From positions 6,324,001 through 6,388,000 of the forward strand of contig JBHGNT010000015.1 in the NCBI GenBank assembly GCA_043228905.1: a stretch of DNA of 64,000 nt. Direction: 5' to 3'. The notes under the pieces were generated by a model. It was not told the origin of the DNA, made no database searches, and saw only the letters and a list, made by a program, of their open reading frames with translations. The translations under genes and the position numbers were made by a program. This DNA comes from Azolla caroliniana. Its lineage: Eukaryota > Plantae > Polypodiophyta. Below are positions 56,520 through 64,000 of the stretch, piece by piece; positions within the stretch are counted from its first letter, which is position 1; each line of letters begins with the position of its first letter.

Positions 56520-59500
56520 TGTGCGGAATAGTGCTCGGCCACAACCGAGTCTTAAAACACTCAATGGAAGAAAACAAAAAACTAGAAATAAGACAAACAC
56601 AAGATTTTAACGTGGAAAACCCTAAATGGGGAAAAAACCACGGGAGTCCACAAACTCCAACTATCATTATGAGAGGAAGGGTACAATAAGAGACTCAGAG
56701 GCAACGGCCTCGAGCTCTGTGTCTTCGCCGACCGACGGTTACAATAGAAACAAGTTCTACTTCTCTCTCGCTCTGTCTTTCTCTATACAACAACAATTAT
56801 AATAACAACGTACAAAACACTATTTGCCCTAGTTATATTTATACTCATATAACTTACGAGCTATTTACAAATATGATCTCAACGGTCATGTCTGAATATA
56901 TTTACAAATATGATCTCAACGGTCATGTCTGAATATATTTACAAATATGTTCCTACTTGTTGGTTCATACCAGATCCGATCGGACTCCTTCCAGATCCAT
57001 CCAATCCGATACCTGGATACCTTCCGGACTCATCTGGTCTGGTTCCTTCTTTCGGCTCATCCGATCCGGCTCATTCGGAGGGACCTATTTCCCAACAAAC
57101 TACCCCTTCACTCTAGTATGAGATGTCTCGTCAATATGATCCTCCTCCGACACACGTCCAACTTGTCGACAGCCAACACCTTGGTCAGCATGTCCGACTC
57201 GTTCTCCTCCATATGGATCTTCATCAGCAAGAACTTTTTATATTCTACCTTCTCTCGAAGCTAGTGATATCTCCTCTGGATGTGGTAGGCCGCGTTCTTC
57301 GCGAGGTGGATGACACTTTGTCTGTCGCAATAAAGCTGGAATTCCTCCTGCCACATCCCTAGCTCTCCAATGAAGTCCTTCTTCCAGATTGCCTCTTTAC
57401 TGGCTTCTACAGTTGCCATGTACTCTGCTTCCATTGTCATAGTGCAATGAACTTCTACAACCTCGACTGCCATGATACGACTCCCCTTGCATATGTCATA
57501 ACATATCTGGACATTGACCGGCTGGTATCCGCATCAGCATACATATCCGAATCCGTGAATCCTTCAAGTTGGGGTTTACCTAAGCCGAATCGGAGGCACA
57601 TACTTGAGGTGCCTTTCAAGTACCGGAGTATCCACTTGACCACGGTCTAGTGTTCTCTTCCCAGCTTTCTCATGAAACGGCTAACCACTCCGAATGCATA
57701 TCTGATATCCGTTCGAGTACACACCATTGCGTACATCAAGCTTCTGACTACGGAGGCATACGATACCTTTGTCATCTCCACTTTCTCCGCCTTTGTCTTC
57801 GGACTTTGCTTTTCGGACAGCTTGCAATTTGTTGGAAGTGTCGACCCAACCTGCTTGGCATCTTACATGCTGAACCTTTGAGGCACCTTGGTCACGTACT
57901 TCTCCTGTGACAACCACAACAGCTTCTTTTTTCGGTTCCGGACTATGTGCATCCCCAATATCTATCTTGTCAAACCCAAATCTTTTATTGAGAAGGTCCG
58001 GTTCAAGGCCTTCTTCAGATTCCTGATTTTGGTTCGGTTCGGTTCGACGATTAGCATGTCATCCACATACAGCAAGAGTATCAAGAAGTCTCCTACGTTG
58101 AACTTCTTCACAAATACGTAGTGGTCAGCCTGCGTCTTGTGGTATCCTTTGTTAGTCATGAAGGAGTCGAACTTCCGGTACCATTGTCGGGGAGCTTGCT
58201 TCAATCCATATAAGCTCTTCTTCAACTGAAAGACCAGGTTCTCCTTCTCTTTCTTGACGAATCCTTTCGGCTCTTGCATGTAGATCTCTTCTTCGAGGTC
58301 GACATGCAGGAATGTTGTCTTAACGTCTAATTGCTCGACCTCAAGGTCCATGCTTGCTGCAATGCTCAACACACCCCGGATGACTGTCATCTTGATTACC
58401 AAGGCAAAAATCTCGTCGAAATCCACTCCTTTCTTCTATTGGAAGCCCTTCACCGCAATACGGGCTTTATATCTTGATGGATTTCCAGTGTCTCCCAGTT
58501 TCAGCTTGTACACCGACTTGTTTCGGAGCGCTCTCTTTCCTTTTGGCAACTCCGTCAATTCATATGTGTGGTTCTCATGCAGGGAATCCATCTTGTCCTG
58601 AATGGTACTTAACCACTTGCGGTTGTGGGTGTCTTTCTTTACTTCTTCGAAGCTTTCCGGCTGCCCCTTGTCAGTCAGCAACACATGCTCTGCATCCGTA
58701 AATCTCCAGGGGGCTCTTCTCTCCCTTAGAGGATATCTCCGTCCCTTGTTTTGGACTACCGGTTCCTCCATCTGTTCTTCATTCGAATCCGATTTGGAGT
58801 CTTGTCCAGTTCCGGTGTCCAAATTTTCTTCTTCGGTTGGTCCGGTTTCTTGTCCGACTTCTGCCGGTTCTTCGAGTGTCATCCAGGTTCCAGTCAGACG
58901 AATCCTTGCATCTTCCGACCAATCTCTGTCGGTCGACCCAGAGTTCACTATCTTCTTCTCCGACTTCAAGTCGACAATAGTCTTGTCTTCCATGATGACT
59001 ATGTCTCGACTCCGGAAGACCTTCTTGTCAACCAAGTCCCACACTGGGTAGCCAAACTCATCATCACCGTATCCAAGGAATTTGCATGTCTTGGATTTTG
59101 GGTCCAATTTTGCTCTCTTGTCCTTTGCAACATGCACGTAAGCTAGACAACCGAACACCTTTAGATGCCGGTAAGACACTTCTTTACCGGTCCATACTCT
59201 ATGTGGTGTGTCTCCATCCAAGGGCACCGAGGGTGACCTATTTATCACATATGTTGTTGCCATCAGCGCCTCAACCCAAAATTTCTTAGGTAACTTGGCA
59301 TGTCCTAGCATACTCCGAACTCTCTCCATTACGGTTCGGTTCATCCTTTCGGCCAATCCGTTCAACTCTGATGTCTTCAGCATGATAAATTTGAGCCGGA
59401 TTCCCTTCAATCAGCAGTACTCCTCGAACAGTCCCCAATATTCTCCTCCATTGTCCGCTCAAACAACCTTCAGCTTCCAGTTGGTTTCCCTTTCCACTTT

Positions 59501-61647
59501 CGCGTGGAATTCCTTGAAGACAGGTAATACTTGGTCCTTCGTCTTCAGCGGTGAGACCCACAACTTCCGGTTGTGGTCTTCTATGAACGTCACGAAGTAT
59601 TGCTATTCGGCATGTGACTTCGTATCGGTATGCACAAGCTCCAGTGGTGCATTCCATCTCATCGGTGATCTCAACTAGAAAGAGGTCCAGTTTTGTTTGT
59701 TGGCTAAACAATCGGTGCACTTCTCAAGCTGTACTTCTTTCACCTCTGGGAGGAGGTTATTTTCGGCAAGTCTCCGCATTCCCTTCTGGTTCACGTGGCA
59801 CAACCTCTTGTGCCATAGCTCACCGGTAGTGTCGGATGCCACATTCACTTCCTCCCGGAAAATCCGGGCATGCATCAAGTACAAAGTGTTGATCTTCCAG
59901 GCCCAATCCAGGATTACGCTTCCTTTGCAAAACTTCATGACACCGTTCCGAATGCTACCCGTTTAGCATTCATCATCTAGCCGAACGACTGATATCAAGT
60001 TCAACCGAACCTCCGGAACATGTCAGACATCCTTCAGCAGCAACTTGCACCCGATTGACGTCATCAACCACACGTCTCCTATGCTGATAATTCGACATGC
60101 ACCTTCATTTCCCATTCGGACAGAACCGTGATCTCCGGCTCTGTAAGATGAGAAGCACTTCCAGTCGGGGGTCAAATGGAATGACGCGCCGGAGTCGACC
60201 ACCCACGTCATTTCGTCGCTAACAAGATGCAACTCATTTTCCTTGGTGATGAGCAACAACTCCTCTTCACTTGTCGCGATTGTCGACGTTCCTCTCCTTT
60301 CCGAGATCTTCTTCGGTTCTGGAATGTCGACAGTGTCAACAATTCTTCTGGAAGTGCCCCGACTTTCCGCAATGAAAGCAAGTGGGCCTCCCCCTTGACT
60401 TCGACCTTGTCTCTGATTTGTCCCGGTTCTGGGGACTCTGATTCCGGCCTCTTCCCCGGTTATGGTCATCTTCTGTAACCATGGCCTTCGGATCGGTTCC
60501 GGACTCCAGGTCCTTTTGGCGAGCTTCTTCATCCAACAAGCTTGATTTTACCCTTGCTAGGGATAGATGTTTTCCTTCCAGCCCGGCGTTGCCCAAAGTG
60601 ATAACTAGCGTCTCCCAACTATCCGGGAAGGAACCGAGCAGCAGCAACACGAGTACCTCGTCGGCTAAAGGTACTTCCAACGAGGTCGTTTGATTTATAA
60701 GCCCTTGGAAGGCATTCATGTGCTCAACCATACTAGGGTTGTCTTGATATTTGAGTCTCACCAACTTCCGGAAAACTGAAACTCGATTTACGACGTTCTT
60801 GCTCTCCAGCATGGTGCCGATTTTCTCCTAGAGCACATGGGCCTTACTTTCTTCGTTGAAGTTGTTGTACAGCCTCATGTCGATGAAGCATCAAATGTAT
60901 GTCATCATCTTCATATGCGTCACCTCGCATGTTGATGCATCAATCTTATCTGGTCTTTTGTCCCCAAACTATACCGGTAGCCAGAGATCTTTAACCACGA
61001 CCATGTCCCTCATCTTCGACTTCCACACTAGGTAGTTGGAGCTAGTGAGCTTGAACATGCCTCTGAATGGATCTTCCATTTTCTTCAAGGTTTAGAACCT
61101 TCACATTGATACCAGTTTGTGCGAAATAGTGCTTGGCCACAACCGTAAGAAAACAGAAAACTAGAAATAAGATAGACACAAGATGTTAACGTGGAAAACC
61201 GTAAATGGGGAAAAAACCACAGGAGTCCACAAACTCCAACTATCACTATGAGAGGAAGGGTACAATAAGAGACTCAGACGCAACGACCTCAAGCTCTGTG
61301 TCTTTGCCGACCAACGGTTACAACAAAAAGAAGTTCTCGCTTTGTCTTTCTCTATACAACAACAATGTACAAAACACTATTTGCCCTAGTTATATTTATA
61401 CTCATATAACTTATGGGCTATTTACAAATATGACCTCAACAGTCACGTTTGAACATATTTACAAATATGTTCCTACTCCTCAATAGTCATATACATTACA
61501 GGTTCATACCGGATCAGGTTGGACTCCTTCCGGATCCATTTGATCTAGTATCCGGATACCTTCCAAAGTTATCTGGTCTGGTTCCTTCCTTCGGCTCGTC
61601 CGATCTGGCTTATCCGGATCCCATCTGGAGGGTTCGGTTTCCCAACA
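56520..61647 (-). mobile_element. Copia E, full-length degenerate Tnt1/Tork-like element related to Copia B
   Basis: LTRs 56520-57097 (with a 37-bp tandem duplication) and 61118-61647; TSD GATTA/TATTA; PBS remnant TGGTATCAA at 61106-61114; PPT GAAGGGGTAGTT. Confidence 0.92.
57110..61079 (-). pseudogene. Copia E gag-pol (many stops and frameshifts)
   Basis: CFHCGKSGHFQKNC; WVVDSGASFH; ELNGLAERMNRT; YGLKQAP; LLYVDDML. Confidence 0.93.
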
Positions 61648-61959
61648 TATTAGTATTAACTCTCCTTTATAATGTCAATTAAAAAAAAGGGAAGTTTATG
61701 AATCTTATTTTTATTAAAAAAAGGGGAAGTTTAATGAATACTTGACGATGCATTCATATGTGTATTCGTTTGCATTCGAATGGTAAGCCCCAAGAATGCG
61801 AATATGTCAATCTATGGTTTTAAATATATAAATGTGCAACATAAATGTGCACCATAAATGGAAATGTACACCATAAATTATATACCAAATTCCTAGGTCC
61901 ATTATGCATGATCCATTGCCACATCACGTTGACCATCACTTTGTGACTATTCAGGCTTA

Positions 61960-62480
61960 GATTACTGCCACTGTTCGCTCCTATTGAGTTCACTCCTCCA
62001 TTGCTGCCATTCTACACTCAGTTGCTACCACAATTCAGTCATGGATTGCTGTCATTGTTCAATCCGACGTAGTTCACTCCTCCATTACCACCATTCTACA
62101 CTCAAGTGTCGCCATTATTCAGTCATGGATTGCTACTATTGTTCGATCCAACGGAGTTCACTCCTCCATTGCCGTCATTCTACACTTAGTTGCTGCCACT
62201 CTTCGGTCCTGATTGCTACCACAGTTCGATCCGACGAACTTCCCTACTTAGTTGTCGCCATTGTACTCTCAGTTGTCGCCACTGTTCAGTCCTGGATTGT
62301 TGCCACTGTTCTATCCGACGGAGCTCACTCCTCCATTGCCGCCATTCTACACTCAGTTGCCGCCACTGGTCGGTCCTGGATTGCTATCACTATTTGATCG
62401 GACGTAGTTCACTCCTCCATTGTCACCATTGTAGTCTCAGTTGCCGCCACTATTCGGTCATGGATTACAATAACTATTCA
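61960..62480. repeat. Tandem array of about 6 x 84 bp
   Basis: AGTTCACTCCTCCATTG or variants recur at 61987, 62071, 62155, 62238, 62322 and 62406. Confidence 0.88.
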
Positions 62481-62899
62481 CTCAAATTGGTATCCATTGC
62501 ATCTACATCTTTGTCTGTTGATTATCTTGTGTATAATCTTTGTCTGTCAATAACCGGTTTGCATGTGGTTTAGTAACTAGCTATGTGTTTATTTTTTGCT
62601 TCAATTTACTAATGAATATGTCAACCCAAATGGAAGGGGAAGGAGGGTGTTTACCAACAACCCTCATGGATCATCAAGATAGGGATGACGCTATCAGTAG
62701 ACAACAATCGATACGAAAGTATTGGGCAGAAAAAAAAGGAAACATCGTCAAATGTTGAAGGATAAGAAAGACACATTCACTAAAGGCAAGGATAGTATTG
62801 GTTGTGATGTAGGTCTGAATACCACTAGGAATGGAAGTAATGAGACTACTATCATAGAGAGAAGGTTGTAGAGTATTTCAATGTTCAAACCAAACACAT

Positions 62900-63385
62900 C
62901 AACAATGAAGACAAGAAGGTAGTGCTTTATAGAATATTAAATGATCCATCGATAAAGGAGTTAATTTATTGTGTTGTCTTAATGCAAACATAACATCTGT
63001 ACTAGTAAATAATCTTCGTAATAGTTTCGTATCCATGAGCAGGTCAAAAGATGATCTTGTCTTAAAAAGGTCTAGTCTAATGATATTACTTAATAGTGAT
63101 GTTGCCGATCTTAACATCAGTGTACTATCTAAGGTAATCGGTGTTAGTAGAAAAAGTGTCTACAGGACAATGAACCGGATTATTTCAAGTGGTGAAGGAA
63201 CTAGTCTACTAAAGCTAACAACAAGATGTAAGCCAATGACACCCATAACATCATAAATCAAGGATATAATCATCGTATTTTAGACTAATGAGAGTAGGGT
63301 TTCACCCAATAAGGATTTATGCAAGAAACGTGTTGGAAGGAGTCAATACGAGGATCATCCCATTCATCTTCTTAATGTACCTTAG
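62900..63385 (+). pseudogene. Possible DNA-transposase N-terminal exon remnant (HTH followed by an SRVSPNKD motif)
   Basis: ISVLSKVIGVSRKSVYR is HTH-like; TNESRVSPNKD..KKRVGRSQYEDHPIHLL is followed by a splice-donor-like AG/GTAT. Confidence 0.4.
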
Positions 63386-63464
63386 GTATTTACATTTATC
63401 TCAACTTTTGTTTTGTTTTCTGAGCTTATTGTCACAAGTCTATACACTATTGAGATTACAATCA

Positions 63465-64000
63465 CTAGGTAATTAGCTACATCAAGGATCGGGCATAGCT
63501 AATTAACACCATACGATATTAGCCATAGCTAATTTGCTACATTTGGTAGGGCCATAGCTCGTTAGTAACATCAGGTCTAGATAGCTATGTCTCCTACTTA
63601 ACTACATAACCGATTTAGCTAACTGTGTCTCCTACTTGCTACTAGTAATAGCTAGTTAGCTACAATTGTTGCCAATTAGCATTAGAATATAACCATAGCT
63701 AACTAGCCACTGATAATAGCTAAATAGTTATTGCCAATAGCTAACTAGCTATTATCAACTAATTAGCTACCACAATAGCGAATTAGCTAAATCTAAATAT
63801 GATCATAACTAACTATCTATTGGAAATAGCTAACTAGCTATTGGTAATAGGTAATTAACTACTCTTAATAGGTAATTAGCTACTCTTAATAGGTAATTAG
63901 CAACTACTAATATCTAATTAGCTATTGGCAATAGTTAAAGTTAGCTATTATTAGCTAATTAGCTACAACTGTTGCTAATTAGCATAAGAATATGAGCATA
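63465..64000. repeat. Degenerate array of palindromic TAGCTAA(T/C)TAGCTA motifs
   Basis: Dozens of TAGCTA/TAATTAGCTA units; a related short cluster lies at about 56250-56310. Confidence 0.8.

Larger units (their letters stand above)
56350..61816. mobile_element. Small hAT-type MITE (about 330 bp net), split by Copia E
   Basis: TIRs CATAGATTGACA..TTCGCA at both ends; 8-bp TSD GTTTTAAT/GTTTTAAA. Confidence 0.8.

Noticed and set aside
61984-62573. Cys/His-rich ORFs resembling a metallothionein
   Set aside because: Neither starts with ATG, there is a frameshift inside the array, and the composition follows from the TTGCCGCCA nucleotide repeat.

Overview
This window is a gene-free, heterochromatin-like cluster of nested transposable elements from a land plant. 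A non-seed plant (bryophyte, lycophyte or fern) is likely; this is inferred from a Tcn1-type chromovirus and tRNA-Trp-primed non-chromoviral Ty3/gypsy elements. Nesting can be rebuilt from LTR ends and target-site duplications (TSDs). Left cluster (1-8297): a minus-strand Copia holds three nested Gypsy copies of one Trp-primed family. Central cluster (9539-51612): Tnt1-like LTR > Copia A > Gypsy G > Copia C > Athila-like Gypsy D. Copia B also lies inside G, and an intact, very young Tcn1-like chromovirus lies inside a Copia A LTR. Right part: AT-rich degenerate DNA, a hAT MITE holding a full-length degenerate Tnt1-like Copia, an 84-bp tandem array, a transposase-like remnant and a TAGCTAAT array. 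The most striking observation is Gypsy D: it has no polypurine tract (PPT), and instead a copy of the tRNA-Arg 3' end (with CCA) abuts its 3' LTR, so inward-facing primer-binding sites (PBS) flank both LTRs. Other notable features: Tf1-type self-priming with a primer-masking hairpin, tRNA-like A/B boxes in chromovirus LTRs, a Copia PPT overwritten by its own 5' flank, and CpG-centred 4-bp target sites. Coordinates were counted by hand and no searches were run.
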